A stretch of 64,000 bases of DNA from Marsupella aquatica (Eukaryota; Plantae; Marchantiophyta), in NCBI GenBank assembly GCA_973895155.1, contig OZ316898.1, positions 10,809,087-10,873,086 of the forward strand, read 5' to 3'. Numbering within the stretch: the first letter of the stretch is position 1; every line of letters starts with the position of its first letter. The notes under the pieces are model-generated. The model made no database searches. It was given only the letters and a program-made list of their open reading frames with translations, and was not told the DNA's origin. The position numbers and the translations under genes are program-made. Below are positions 1 to 12,527 of the stretch, piece after piece.

Positions 1-1420
1 AATTACTCGAGAACGCTTGGCAGAAATACCCCTCGCAAGCTTGCGCTATACATTGCGCTTTCCAACTTTGGGTCCACACTCCAGAGTTGTCCTGTTTCCC
101 TAAGTCTAAATGAACGGTCTTACGTGGTGCTTTTTGTTCGTAACATTACGGAACTTTGGCCCTGGCTCCGAAAACCTGATGCGTGATGGCGACTCTTTCA
201 ACTGACTGGCCCTCGAGAGTTCGAGCACTCTTTGGAGTTGTGGACTATTTGGAAAGTGACGAACCGAAAGGGCGTGTTTGCGACGCAGAGCGAAGGGAAA
301 CACAGAAGGCCCACAATAATGGTGGATCTTGATCGAATTCAAGAGACAGTTCAGGACTTGGTCGTGTAGCTTTTGAGATTTTATCACCCATGTGATCGTG
401 GTTTCATATCTTTGGATCGACTTGTCCTCGGCATGTTTCGTAACTCTTTGATGCTGAAGTGACGCCTACTGTACCTCTCATGGGAGCTATCAGCGGATCT
501 TCCTTTTGTTCCTTTGGGGGGGGGGGGGGGGGGAATGGAACTCTCTTAGACCCTCAATTAAGAACCCCCATGACAAACGACTACGCGACAAGGAAGTGCA
601 TTCTGTGAGTTCTCACCGATGAGGAGGCTCGCAGCATCAATGTGGACAATTGGAAATGGAATAAATGTCAGGAATTGAAGGATCTGATGGCCATACCGAC
701 CCAATACATGGGCAAAATCTAAACAACAATTCCAAACATTCTACGAAACAGAGTTTCTCTCAAACCGTTCGTGGAATGTTTGGAGTTTTCGTGGAGGTGT
801 TTTTTGTTACCATCAGTTCCCTTGAAGCTAGTGATGGTGATATCACCGGCATTCCACCGAGTTCCTTCTTGTACAATTTTGGAAATGCACAAAAACCCAT
901 AAAAGCCCTTTGCAGCCTTGAAACTCACTGAACGTGTTTCTAAGGGTGTTTTGAGTTTAGAATAAGGCTCGTTGCATGTCTTCCAGATTTACCTGGATTA
1001 CTGTCTCCCAGAAAAGGTCACCATATTTCAGTCTTCATGTTCAGAATTGTTCGAATATGAATTCAGCGACTCTTAGTGTCAAGAATAATGCCCGAGTAAC
1101 CCAATTTTAAGCCTCACTCTCACAGGTTTGGTTCAAATCCACATAATGTTCCTCTTCGCTTAACCACTCTAGGTCCAGGAGACAAGTTGCTCATCTCGTC
1201 ATCAAACTCACATTCGAGTGTCAAACGGTTTCATGAGCGAAATCCTTCAACGGTAAAGTACATAAAGGATTGAAGTTGGCAATAACTGAGCCAGCGGACG
1301 ATGAGTTCTCTGAAAAATGTTGGTCTGTACAATCACGTCTACTTCCGCTGCAGACAACGCTCAAGATGATTGCAAAATAGTACAAAATATCCTAGAGATC
1401 TCTGCAGGAGAACAAATCGG

Positions 1421-3258
1421 CTACCAGTCTAGCCCAAGTTCTCTGGATGTGAAGAGGCCATTGACATATCCAATCACAGGATCGGCTGAGTTCGCAAAGC
1501 TTTGCATGTATTCCTGTGCCGAATCCTCTGTAAGAGCAAGCAAGTTTATATTACAACCCAGCAAAATATCAGCAACCACTTCATTAATGTATGCAGAGTC
1601 TACCCAACGCTCTTCAATACATACGTCAGCACGGACAAAACCCTAGACAGTGGCCAAGGCTCCACAGCAGGTAGAATTGTCAAGAGAGATCACAAATGCC
1701 AAACTGGAATATTTTGGAGCAAGAAATCAGAAGGCTGGAATTTACCTTTTTCGTTAAGTTTTGCCAGAAAGTGGGACTTGCTCGGGAGAACATACATGCC
1801 AGCAGCAACAGCCTTCCTTATAGCCCAGCCGTGATGTTGAGAAAAGACCTGATCATACGCTGTGGAAGCCGGGTCCCTTAAAGAGTTGCCTCTGCAAAAA
1901 AAGAAGCAAAAATATAGAAAGGATGACTTGCCGGTCTAGTGAACCTGAAGGATACCAATTCAGCATGAAGTATTTCCGTTCACCTAGCAGTTAAATCTAA
2001 AGAATTAAACATCATCCTGCACGCCTGTGTCTATTCTGCAGACAGAAAATGTCTTCCATTCCTATGGGAACTTGAAATCAATAGGGAAAATGATTGAAAG
2101 GATCTGGTCCTTCTCAACCTGAATCACCAGGAACCCGAGGCCTTGTTCAGACACTGAAAATACAATAGACAGGTAGTTTTGTTATATGTGCATATGACCA
2201 GTCCCATCAATCGGAACCTTCAAATGCAATTCTACAAATGTTCCACCTACTACTTCACGTTCATTACTGAAGATCATCACAAACAAATTTAATGTGAAAA
2301 GAAAAATGAGGATGAAAACATGAGATACAATTGCTTACGATGTCATGAGAATATGGTCGAAGAGAACCCGGACCATATCCACACCTCGCTTGACCCGAAG
2401 CAAGTTTCGGGCATGACTCCCAGCCAGTCTTACTGTATCTGTGTTGATATCACCATCTATCATTTCTGTAAGAGTATTAAAACCTTTGCTGGCTTCTTGC
2501 AGATCTTTCACCTGCAGCCATACCCAAGAGGTCATCAGGAGACAAGGCAATCTCAATTTGTACGCTTCAATCTCGGCATTCACTTTGGGAAATGTCCAGT
2601 TCGTGCCCCTCGGATAAAGCAGAAACATTTCGAGTAAGAGAAGATCTTTATGAGTTGAAATCAACGCAGTGAAGGAATCAAGGCTACAAAACACCGAGTT
2701 CCTCAATTTCAATTGGAAAGAAACTATTTAGGCTTGCAAAATACAGCCCAGCACATCATGACAAAGTTCAACGAGGGGGCAACCCACCTTCATCACGTCG
2801 AGGCGGTTCCAGATTGAATCACACCAGGAAAGGAAGGGACAGAAATAAATCTTTCCGCAATGCGATGCAATTCGATTCCATTCCTCCCGTGAAAGAAAGA
2901 TTATAGCAAGATTGAATCACATCAGAAAAGGAAGGCGAAAAAAATAAAAACTCTTTTCACCAATTCCTCGCCCATTTCTCCCGGAGAAGGAAAACGAAAT
3001 CTCTGCAGTCATAGAGGAGGTGGATGGGTTCTTCTCAAGGGCAGGCACGCGCACCTTGGCAACATAGTCCTTCTCAGCAAACTTGAAGGCGATCCCCAGG
3101 CAGCCAAACAGGACGGAGATGCGGTCGCAGGCATTGGCGAATTTGACAACTTGCACCTGCTGGGAATCATTGGAGGACGCTTTCGCTCGGCTCACGTCGG
3201 CTGCAAGGCCAGCGAAAGCTTCGGAGATTTCTTTCAGAGGTCTGCTTGAATTCTCCAT
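1421..3258 (-). CDS. ACD11: ACD11-like GLTP-fold ceramide-1-phosphate/sphingolipid transfer protein; 4 exons: complement(join(1421..1527,1746..1891,2339..2511,3055..3258)), 209 aa
   Basis: Hand-spliced GT-AG model of 630 nt stays in frame. It contains recognisable ACD11 motifs: LFGCLGIAFKFAEKDYVAKV, AGSHARNLLRVKRG, YDQVFSQHHGWAIRKAV..GMYVLP and the C-terminal LGLDW*. Confidence 0.93.
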
Positions 3259-3377
3259 CTCTTCCAGCTCGATTTGGTGCGCCCCGTTCCACTCTCCCTC
3301 CCTGTTTCTCTTTCTGGGTCAATCTATCACGCTCTCAAAACAACCATTCTTTACCTCCTTTCCATCACCCTCTCTGT

Positions 3378-4585
3378 GGGTCTAACTATCATTACTCTCA
3401 TAGGGCCCGTTCGTTCACTCCCTCCCTCTCTCCATTGTTGTGAGGTTGTTGATCCCATTACTTATGGGTCACCCATGTCAGTGAAGCTCAACGGCCTTGG
3501 GTCTAACTATCACACTCTCATAGGGCCCCCAGCTTCCTTCCCTCCCTCCCTCCCTCCCTCCATTGTTGTGACCTTGTTAACCCCATCACTTCTGGGTCAC
3601 CCATATCAGTGAAGCTTAGTGGCCTGGCCAAACCTGAGTAACATTTTGGCCGTCACTCTATAATATAATTTTGGTGGTCTGTTCTTTTTTCTCGGTAGCC
3701 TGTGAGGTTGTTAACTCCATCTGTTACCGTTCACCCATATCAGTGAAGCTCAGTGGCCTAGCCAAACTCAAACATCATTCAGGCGGTCGGTCTCAAATAT
3801 TATTTAGGTGGTTGGTTCTTTTCTCTTGGCAGCCTGTGAGGTTGTCTACTCCATCAGTTATCATTTGCCCATATCAGTGATGCTCAGTGGCCTGGCCAAA
3901 CTCAAATAACATCATTCCGGCGGTCGATGTCAAATATTATTTCAGTGGTTGGTTCTTTTGTCTCGGCAGTGAGGTTGTTAACTCTGTCACTTCTCATTTA
4001 CCCATATCAGTGAAGCTCAGTAGCTTGGCCAAATTCAAACATCATTCCAGCGGTTGGTCTCAAATATTATTTCGGTCATTGGTTCTTTTCTTTTGGCAGC
4101 CTGCAAGGTTGTTAACTCCATCATTTATCATCCACACACATCAGTGAAGCTTAGTGGCCACTTGACATCATTTGAAGGTCAGTCTCAAATATTATCTTGG
4201 TGGTTGGTTCTTACTCTTGGCAACCTGTGAGGTTGATTGCTCCATCAGTTATCATCCACCCATATCAGTGAAGCTCAGCGGCCTGGCCAAACTGAAATAT
4301 TATTTTGGCGATCAGTTTCAAATATTATTTTGGTGGTCAGTTCTTTTTCTCTAAGCAGCCTGCAAGGTTGATAACTCCAACAGTTATCATTTACCCATAT
4401 CAGTGAAGCTTAGTGGCCTTACCAACCTCAAAGATCATTTTGGTGGTCAGTTCTTTTCTCTTGGCAGCCTATGAGGTTGAATGTTAACTCCATCTCTTAT
4501 TTTTCATCCATAATTATCAGTGAGGCTCTGTGGCCTCTCTGAACTTGAACATCATTTGGTGGTAGGTTCTTTCACTCTACAGCCT
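3378..4585. repeat. Degenerate tandem array of about 9 units of ~130 bp, directly upstream of ACD11
   Basis: The anchor TCAGTGA(A/T/G)GCT recurs at 3478, 3606, 3740, 3874, 4007, 4141, 4265, 4400 and 4517 (periods 117-135 bp). Central units contain two ~25-bp subrepeats (caaacatcattcaggcggtcgg / caaatattatttaggtggttgg). Confidence 0.9.
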
Positions 4586-4588
4586 TGC

Positions 4589-4975
4589 TAAGAGCATCTG
4601 CACCAGTCCACCATACAATGCAGCCAGCAGCAAATATGCAGGGTTCCTCACAGAATCCTTTTTTATTTGGACTCCCCATCTGACAACAATAGTGTTCTGC
4701 TAACACCTCGGGCCCGGATAAACAGGTCCCCGCAGTGCCAATTCCTACCCTGCAGTAGCGGCCTCAACTTTGCCCACCAACTGACCTCCATTCAGAATGA
4801 CTGGACGAGATTCTATGTAGGGTGTTGGATCCAATGACCGGTTGGAGGCAAGTTGGGCGTGTGGTTGCTGTACACTGCCAGTTCGCACACATTGTTTGGA
4901 AAGAGCAGAGGGTTTTAGTGGGATGGGTGGGGAACCCTACCTGCTGTGTTTACTGCACGGGCTGGTGAGTGCCAA
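4589..4975. mobile_element. Possible degenerate fold-back / Tourist-like MITE interrupting the array
   Basis: Starts TAA-GAGCATCTGCA, resembling PIF/Harbinger ends. Patchy inverted similarity between the arms (agggttcctcac ~4641 vs gtggggaaccct ~4928; caactttgcccaccaac ~4766 vs gttggaggcaagttg ~4841). Array-like sequence resumes at ~4995-5055. Confidence 0.35.
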
Positions 4976-6641
4976 TTGGCTTTACCACTTTTGGCTTGAG
5001 GTTGTTAACCATTCAGTAATCAGTCACTACTATCAGTTTAGCTCAGTGTCCTTGCCGAGCGCATACATCCCTTTGGCGGCCCCACTGAGTCCCTTTGACA
5101 GCCCTTGCCGAAGTCCTTCAAACAATGGCGGCTTCAATACTCTAATCCACAAGTCGGCAACCTTGTTAAGTCATGTCCAATCCTATTTGTAATCACTGAT
5201 ATCTTTGACTGATACCTGATACATTTGCGACACTCCTTTGGCTTATAGAGGGCAAGTATGGCGCAGATGGGTGAGGATGCTCTAGGTTGGAAAATTCACT
5301 TGGGCAACCCTTGTTGAGCTCACTTTTCAACCCACTGCTTGCTGAGAAGGAAGGTCCTCACACAATTATTGGTATGTCCACAATCACCATCTATCTATAA
5401 AATTGTATAACTAAAGACATACCACATGAGTACCAAGTGATTGTATTGTATTGAGTGTGGTGCCTGAATTAGTGTTAACACAAAAATAGTGTTAGCTTTG
5501 CTGCCACCTATCAGTTTCTGAAAGAATCTACACTACATCCAAGCACTACATTTTAGAGAAACCAAAATTAGAGCCCATGTTATTGAATGGCATTAAGTGC
5601 TTTTGGGCGTGGCAAAAAAAGGTAGGGGTTGCAGATTTTGAATAGAGTTTTCCACGAAGTGGTAGAAGGTGGGCGAGTAGTGAGACATTTTGTCTTGGGT
5701 TCAATTAAGGTTTGAATCCAAGATCAACTCCTGTGTGTTCAAATAAGGGTTGAAACTGGAGTAACACTTCCAAGAGTGGCTTTACCCTAAGTCACCCAGA
5801 GTTTGTGTAGCCAACTTTGCAAGTTGCCATGGAGGCTTTGCACACAGTGAGCACGTGTTGTCTGTGGCTCTGGACCATTTCTTTTTCATGATCTTTGCCA
5901 AAGCTCTACATTTGTTGTTTGAGTTTCAAACTTAGTTCCCTCCAGAAATTTTCTTCGAATGTTCATCGTGCAAAGGGTGTGATCTTCACAGCAGGAGCTT
6001 TGGGCTTGCCTTAGAGGATTTTGTGCGGTGTGGCTTCAATTCAATAGAAGGTGCTACTGCTCAATCTTGTCTAGTTGACAATTCTCCATTGACTTGCAAT
6101 TTCAAGATTACAGATTTAGTTTTGGTTCAGCTACCATAGTAACAAATTTAGTTATGGTTGACAGTTCCAAATTCCAGCTCTTTGCCAAGTGGGATTTCAA
6201 ATTTTGTTTTGGTTGATTTCAATTTTGTTTAGTTAGTGAAGACTTTCATTTTGGTTAAGCTAGTGATGAATTTCATTCCGGTTGACAGTTTAAAATTCTA
6301 GTTGACAATTCAAAATTATAGGGAGGACACAGTCACAGAGTTCTCCCCATTCCTTTTGTCAAATTCCTGAAAGCATCAGGGAAATTCTTCATGTTTCTCT
6401 GGGCATCTCGCACTCCAGTATGGGGATCTATGTACATGCTAAAATAGACCTCAGTTTTGGTGAGTTAATAGCTCTAGGGGAGTTTTTGCAGTTATGCTCT
6501 TTTAAGCTAAACTTACCAGACTTTCTGAGTTTCACCCTCTACATTTACCTTTAATCCTATTATGTTTCTGTTTGATTGGTTACCTTCATAATTGTTTAGG
6601 TTCCTAAATTATGAGTTACAGATTTCCTAAATCATAGTTTC

Positions 6642-6760
6642 CCCATTCCCCAAAAATTGGAACTTGTCTGGCTGATGAAGGTTAGAATCACCCATTGTTT
6701 ACCCATTCCAGAAATTAAAACTTGTCCGGCTGATGAAGGTTAGAATCACGCATTATTTAC
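6642..6760. repeat. ~59-bp tandem duplication
   Basis: cccattcc...cttgtcYggctgatgaaggttagaatcac occurs twice in tandem. Confidence 0.85.
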
Positions 6761-8484
6761 TTAGCAATTTAAACAAAAGTGGACAAAATTTATTCTGAAA
6801 AACCGACAAAAGTTAGTGTTACTAGACTCAAAATCATTTTTACCAAAAGCAGTGTTTTTACTTGAATTAAAATCATTACCAAAATTAGTGTTAATATTGC
6901 ATAACACTATTTAGGGTGTATTTGTTCACGATCTCACTATCACTGAGCTTCGAGCAATACCAGAGACTATCTCGGGTCAGATTTTGTCATATTCTAGTAC
7001 TACAAGATAATTAACCCATGCAACACTATTTAAGCAGCATTTAGCGGACTATGAATTATAAGGTTTACCATATTACAAGAGTAACACTATTTAGGTCTTG
7101 ACAACAATAAGTGTTACAGCATAATAATCTGGGTAACACTATTTACCACCACGTTCGGAAAACTTTTTGATTCTCAAATGGTGTGGGCCCGAGAAACCTA
7201 CTGTGGCAGCTTTGGTCTGCTTGGCACCTCGAGGGCCACTACTCACCAGCATGCTCCAAAACCTATTTGATTCGCACATAGTGTGGGCCACACTAAATAC
7301 TATAAACAATGTGAAGGTGCCAAACCTCCTTGCCCACGGACACAACAAAAAGTAGAGTAGGCTTCAGACAGTAACCTGATTATGGCCACCTTAGCACAGA
7401 CCTTCTACAAGCCTGAGGTGTAAATCGAAGACTGCCTCCATCACCTTCAGACGTGAGGAACACTTACCCACACTTAGCGTTCTGTATTGGCAGACTTTCA
7501 CCAAGGACCCACTCATTGCCACTTCAATATATGAGCAGATCAACCAACCCGTGCACACTCCACAAATGAAGGGTTTCAAGTCTGTGCAAGCTGTCCACCT
7601 CCTGTTTAATTATACCAAGTCCAATGCTCTGTACATCATCTCCGAGCTCAACAACCCTAGTCCTTGTACAAGGGTTTCAATCCAACTTTACTTGCTCACA
7701 GTTCACTATTCTGCTGTTCTACTCTGGGCTAAGTTCTTCAGTACATGCACACCTAATTTCCATACTAGGCTGAAATAATTCCACATTTACAAAGTATGAT
7801 GAACCTGCACAACAGGCAGAACGAATCCAGAGCTTCGAGTGAAGAAGGTCTGCCATTTCGAAATAGGTCCTTAGAGATAAAGAAACATGATGACTCCTTT
7901 CTTGCAAAAACTTCCGAGCTGATGGTAGTCTTGAATATTGCCGTGGCATGATCTCGTTGATAAGTCCACTTACTACTTCATGCCCCAGGGACAGGAAGTA
8001 ACATGGAGGCTTCTCCGCGTAAATAAAGGAGGGAGCTTGTAGGAAGTATACCCAGGCCTTTCGAAGGAGATCAAGACCAATCCCCTCTCAATCATAACAA
8101 TATCCCCCACTGAAGGGTCTCTGGCAAGAGACTAATCTAATTCTAAGGCAAAAGTTTGCACAAACCGGCAGCTCGTACAGCGCGAAAAAACACCGCACCA
8201 TCAGTTCAGGAAATCTTTGAACTAGCTGGGTTTGTAGACCTGGGCCAGGATCCATCTCATGGTAATCAGGCGACATCCTCTCCAGTGGACGATAAGTGGC
8301 AGATCCCGAAAGCTCGAGTAATCCCAACAGCTTCAGTAAGCTTGCCCAAATCAAGACCAAACTTGGGATGGTGGGATTCATGGACTGGTCTGGGACAGCT
8401 CTTCTACTTGCCGCCCTCTCTCCCCAGAGGGAGGCCAACGGTCAACATCCTAGTAGAATCGCAACTGTGATTTCAGCAGCTCTA

Positions 8485-11400
8485 CTATCGCCTTACTTTT
8501 GGCCTTTTGTTGGGCATACTCGGATTTCCTCTAGGGTCCTTTCTCATTTCCGGAGTCCGAGATTTTCCTGCCGCCTTCGCTTTCCTTCTCTTCCTTTCAT
8601 CTTCACTGTCTGATTCATCACCTTTCTCTCTATCTTCCCGCTTGGCCTTGGCCTCTAATTCGTCCCATGTCAAGCCTTCTTCCTCCTCCGAGTCTTCTTC
8701 CTCTTCTTCATCGTCTTCAGACTCGACCACCGATTCGTCATCGGAGTCATCGTCCTCTGACTCAGACACTGGTTCTGCATCAGAGGGCTCATACCCCTCG
8801 TCAGACTCTTCAGACTTTTCGGAATCTGAATCACTACCTTCCATGTTTAAGAATTCCCAGCCACCGTCTTCTAGAAACTTCTCAGGGTCATCCATAATGG
8901 TCTTCAAAATGGGTCGCCAATTCAAGTTCATCCTGCTCTCGTAGTACTTGATATTCATAGAGTTCAACCACTCCTTGATTCCATCGAGAGAGGACGAGGG
9001 AATGGCGTCAATTCTCATCACGTCCTTCTTAAAATCCTTGAATACTATAGCCATATCAAAAGCCTTCTGGCCGAGGCCAACCCTTTCCAAGTTGACAATC
9101 TCGATGTCATTCAGACTGATCACAAGAAAAGGAGTTTCCACGAGCTCTACCAAACAGTTCACAGTGGGTACGATGAAAGCAGATGACTTGTTGGGAACAC
9201 CGTGAAATCCGAGCTCCCTAAACGGAATGTCAAATTCCATATCTAGCTCTCGCCATGGCGGTTGTTCCCAAAGCTCAGCTATTCTCTTCACAAAAACCTC
9301 AAACTCTTTGTTGATTTTGTTCCTCCTATCCCTTTCTTGCTGCTCCTCCTCAATCTCATCAGGATCATACATTGACCGCCTATTACCACCGAGCGTTTGG
9401 ACCACTTCCATAACCTCCACGTAGAACTGAACGTCCTTCGTTTTCTTCGTCCCCACCATGATGAAATTATGCAGGTGGAAATGGAGAAGCGTTATCATCT
9501 CCTTCTCGGCGGGTTGGAAGAAGGCATGCTTTATATTTCGGTACATAATGTCGACCCGCTCGTCTTGCTTCATCGTCGAGTACCGGAATCCATTCGTGTG
9601 AGCCTCTAAGGAGCCACTCAACTTTCTACCCCTGCCACCAAAAGTGGGTCTGACCCACAGGTCGGCCAGCCTAATAGGTCTTCCTTTGGAAAGCTGCAGC
9701 TTCTCCTGACTAACCAGAGTCGCTCGCTCTGCCTTCTCTGACTCTCTCTGGGCGACATGCCGTCTCATGGTTTTAATAAGCTGGACAACCTGAGTCGCAT
9801 GGCGCACATCGCTGGACCTGAACGAGACCTCCTTCACGTAGATGGACCGGGAGAATTTTTGGGAGGGGACATCATTGGCCCCGAAACCTGCACCGGGGAC
9901 ATTGAATATAATACGTATGTAACAGTGGCCACCATCCTGCTGACTGGTGACGCTCTTCACAGTTGCGATGTGGAAAGGGACAAGAAGGCCATACATGGGT
10001 AACAGGACGGCCTCCCTCTTCTGATCGACCTGAATCATCAGCTCTCGCGAAGATGGAATGTCGTTAATGTCCTTGTAGGCGACGATGTCGCCCCCTCCTT
10101 TGGCGGAGCCTTGGCCATCACCAGCCCCTGTGCCTCCGGAGGCCAGCCTTCTCGCTGTCTCTTCATTCTTAAGCCGGGCGAGTTCCGTTTGGTGTTGCCG
10201 CCGGAGCTCCTCTTTGGTCATTTCTTGATTGTCGGACCTCAAAGTCGCCATCCTGGCGCCTGGATTAGCATCGACACCATTGGTTTCCGCTTTGACAGCA
10301 GCCTTTTGCTCCTCGGGCTCCTCCTCCTCGTCTTTGAACGAGTACGCAATGTCCGTGAACGATTTCGAGCATTGGCCGGTGGCAATTTCGGGTCCCTTTT
10401 CCATGACTACTACCGTATCAGCGAGCAAGAGGGAGAAACTACGCGTTTTGGGGTTCTTCGAAGTCGGAGTCTCCAACCCATGGAAGCCAATAACGACATT
10501 GAAAACCATGCCAGCCTTCAAAACTCGTTCATTCCTCGCAGAGAGTGTCAAACCGGATTCCCTGAACTCAATTCCAATCCCTGTGCCGGCGTTCTTTGTC
10601 AGGTGGGGAAGGAATTCGGGCCCCTCTTTCTCAACTACTGCCAACGCAGCCTTGTAGACAGCGGACATAGTTCTACCGGGCCGAAGAGCGTTAATAGCCT
10701 GCTCATGTGCCTTCAAGAGGACTTTGTAAGCCTTCTCTTGGACCTTGTCCGCATCAATCAAATACGTTCTGGCGATATTCGAGCAATAAGACGTGTACCG
10801 GGCGCCAATGGCGCATATAATGACACCCATGGCATCATAGTAGAGAGGCTCGTCATTGCTGACAGCACTTGGCTTAAGATCGAAGGTTCCCCCGCTCTGA
10901 AAAACTGGAGGGTAACAGATATCCACATTCTCCGCCTTCAGCCTCACTTTGGCTTTGGCTGGGTCCATAATCACTTCCTCTGTGTTTTCCATGAGCTCTG
11001 CGTGCGATATACTCTTCTCTTCGTCAATCACGACTTCCAGCTTCGGCACTACGTAGTTTTTCAAAACAGACCAGCTCAGAAACGACGCCTTCTTTATATT
11101 GGTGATCTCACTTTCATCCTTCACGGCGAACACTTCCGAGAACCCCCCCGCCACGTCCACAAGATTGAAACCGGAGCCCTGAAGAAGATCAGACCACCGC
11201 TCCATGAGCACTCCTTCGGGCGCCTCCTTCTGAAGGTAGCCAACAGTCGGCCTCGACGACTTGACTTTCGACTTCACGGCGTCCAGAATAGTCTGCATCT
11301 GCGCACTCCCATCGTCGGCCCGAGCCTTGGAGTGGAGAACGACTTCAATCCCCGTGAGCCTCTTCGAAGCCCTGCGGAGCTCCTCAAGTATGCCAGCTTT

Positions 11401-11724
11401 CTTTACACTACACAGTATGTGCAAGGAGCCTGGGAGAAACATCATCACCATCTCGGGAAACTCATACCCTAAAAGCCAAATGTGCAGCGCGGATGACTTC
11501 AGATAACGTAAATCCTCACTGGACGGCGGGCTCACGACCGCAATTGCATCCACACCCCCCCACACCTCATCCCTAGACTCCTCCCACGACCCAACGAGTG
11601 CTTTCAACCTTTTAGAGAAAACGTCCAGGTTAATCTGGACTCCACTGCCTCCACCTCCTCCTTCACCTCCTCCTTTATTACTACTGCTACCACCTTTGGT
11701 GTCTCCATTCCTCGACTCTGCCAT
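8485..11724 (-). CDS. SPT16: FACT complex subunit SPT16, intronless CDS, 1079 aa
   Basis: Single ORF with RYLKSSALHIWLLGYEFPE, the peptidase-like N-domain (GARYTSYCSNIARTYL), the middle domain (LEAHTNGFRY, KKTKDVQFYVEV, ELGFHGVP, VNLERVG) and an acidic C-terminal tail (GGWEFL...DSDSE). Confidence 0.98.
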   Translation of the reverse strand: MAESRNGDTKGGSSSNKGGGEGGGGGSGVQINLDVFSKRLKALVGSWEESRDEVWGGVDAIAVVSPPSSEDLRYLKSSALHIWLLGYEFPEMVMMFLPGSLHILCSVKKAGILEELRRASKRLTGIEVVLHSKARADDGSAQMQTILDAVKSKVKSSRPTVGYLQKEAPEGVLMERWSDLLQGSGFNLVDVAGGFSEVFAVKDESEITNIKKASFLSWSVLKNYVVPKLEVVIDEEKSISHAELMENTEEVIMDPAKAKVRLKAENVDICYPPVFQSGGTFDLKPSAVSNDEPLYYDAMGVIICAIGARYTSYCSNIARTYLIDADKVQEKAYKVLLKAHEQAINALRPGRTMSAVYKAALAVVEKEGPEFLPHLTKNAGTGIGIEFRESGLTLSARNERVLKAGMVFNVVIGFHGLETPTSKNPKTRSFSLLLADTVVVMEKGPEIATGQCSKSFTDIAYSFKDEEEEPEEQKAAVKAETNGVDANPGARMATLRSDNQEMTKEELRRQHQTELARLKNEETARRLASGGTGAGDGQGSAKGGGDIVAYKDINDIPSSRELMIQVDQKREAVLLPMYGLLVPFHIATVKSVTSQQDGGHCYIRIIFNVPGAGFGANDVPSQKFSRSIYVKEVSFRSSDVRHATQVVQLIKTMRRHVAQRESEKAERATLVSQEKLQLSKGRPIRLADLWVRPTFGGRGRKLSGSLEAHTNGFRYSTMKQDERVDIMYRNIKHAFFQPAEKEMITLLHFHLHNFIMVGTKKTKDVQFYVEVMEVVQTLGGNRRSMYDPDEIEEEQQERDRRNKINKEFEVFVKRIAELWEQPPWRELDMEFDIPFRELGFHGVPNKSSAFIVPTVNCLVELVETPFLVISLNDIEIVNLERVGLGQKAFDMAIVFKDFKKDVMRIDAIPSSSLDGIKEWLNSMNIKYYESRMNLNWRPILKTIMDDPEKFLEDGGWEFLNMEGSDSDSEKSEESDEGYEPSDAEPVSESEDDDSDDESVVESEDDEEEEEDSEEEEGLTWDELEAKAKREDREKGDESDSEDERKRRKAKAAGKSRTPEMRKDPRGNPSMPNKRPKVRR

Positions 11725-12527
11725 TGCTGCTCCTCTTTATTCGTCGTGTCGTCGACCTCTCTGTCTCCCTCTTGCTCACCCGCAATCGATAAAACTCCTT
11801 GAAAATCGCAGCTGTTTTGGAAAACTTACCTCCCTCGTTGCGTGCACAGCCAGCAACGCCCACTCCCAAGACTACTGGATTCTCGCCCGTCCGTCCGCCC
11901 GTCTGTCCACAGTCGATAAACCTTCCACCTCAATGCCTCGCCGACATCCACCACATACCCTAAAACTCCCTACACTCCCTTCACACAACACTCCCTGCAG
12001 CGGCAGCTCCTTCCCGCTCTCCCTTCCTTCCTCTCGTGCCCATCTCCCGCCTAGAAGTAGAACGAGACCGCAACACCATCATCTTACTCCTCATCATCAT
12101 CAGCTTCCTGTTCCATCGCACCGCAGTGGCAGTTTCCTCGTCCAAATCCCTCCCCCCACCATCAATCCAATTTCCCACCTCCACAATCGATCATGCGTCT
12201 TTCCAACTTCTGTCTCCCCTGTCTCTCTGCCTCCTCCCCTTCAAAACCTTCCTCGTATCCCGCCCACACTACACTCCCTCCCCGTCCTCACTCCTCCCGT
12301 CCCCTCCCCTCCCAACCAAATCCCAGCCCCACCTGTGACGATACTGTGCTTCTAAACTCTCGAGGTTTTAACGAAGAAAGTGGAATTGGAGGGAGACGAG
12401 ACGAGACGGAGGCGGGAAGAATAAGAAGAAGACACATGTGAGTAATGACTGAAAGCTGCGGACAGATTGGCGAAGAGAGCACTACTACTAGAGCAGCAGA
12501 AGCAACAAAAGACGGTATACGAGGTGG

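Noticed and set aside
187-370. LINE C-terminal LWxIWK-like motif
   Set aside because: A single short match with no supporting context.
1085-1145. tRNA or SINE head (GGTTCAAATCC B-box)
   Set aside because: The A-box match is poor and there is no cloverleaf.
5460-7150. DNA transposon defined by TAACACTATT / AATAGTGTTA subterminal motifs
   Set aside because: The motif recurs in both orientations, but no terminal inverted repeat or TSD could be identified.
10111-11472. 453-aa plus-strand ORF
   Set aside because: Antisense shadow of the SPT16 CDS with no recognisable motif.
11696-12355. 219-aa Pro/Ser/His-rich ORF
   Set aside because: Arises from the C-rich complement of the SPT16 leader; low complexity and starts at a non-ATG codon.
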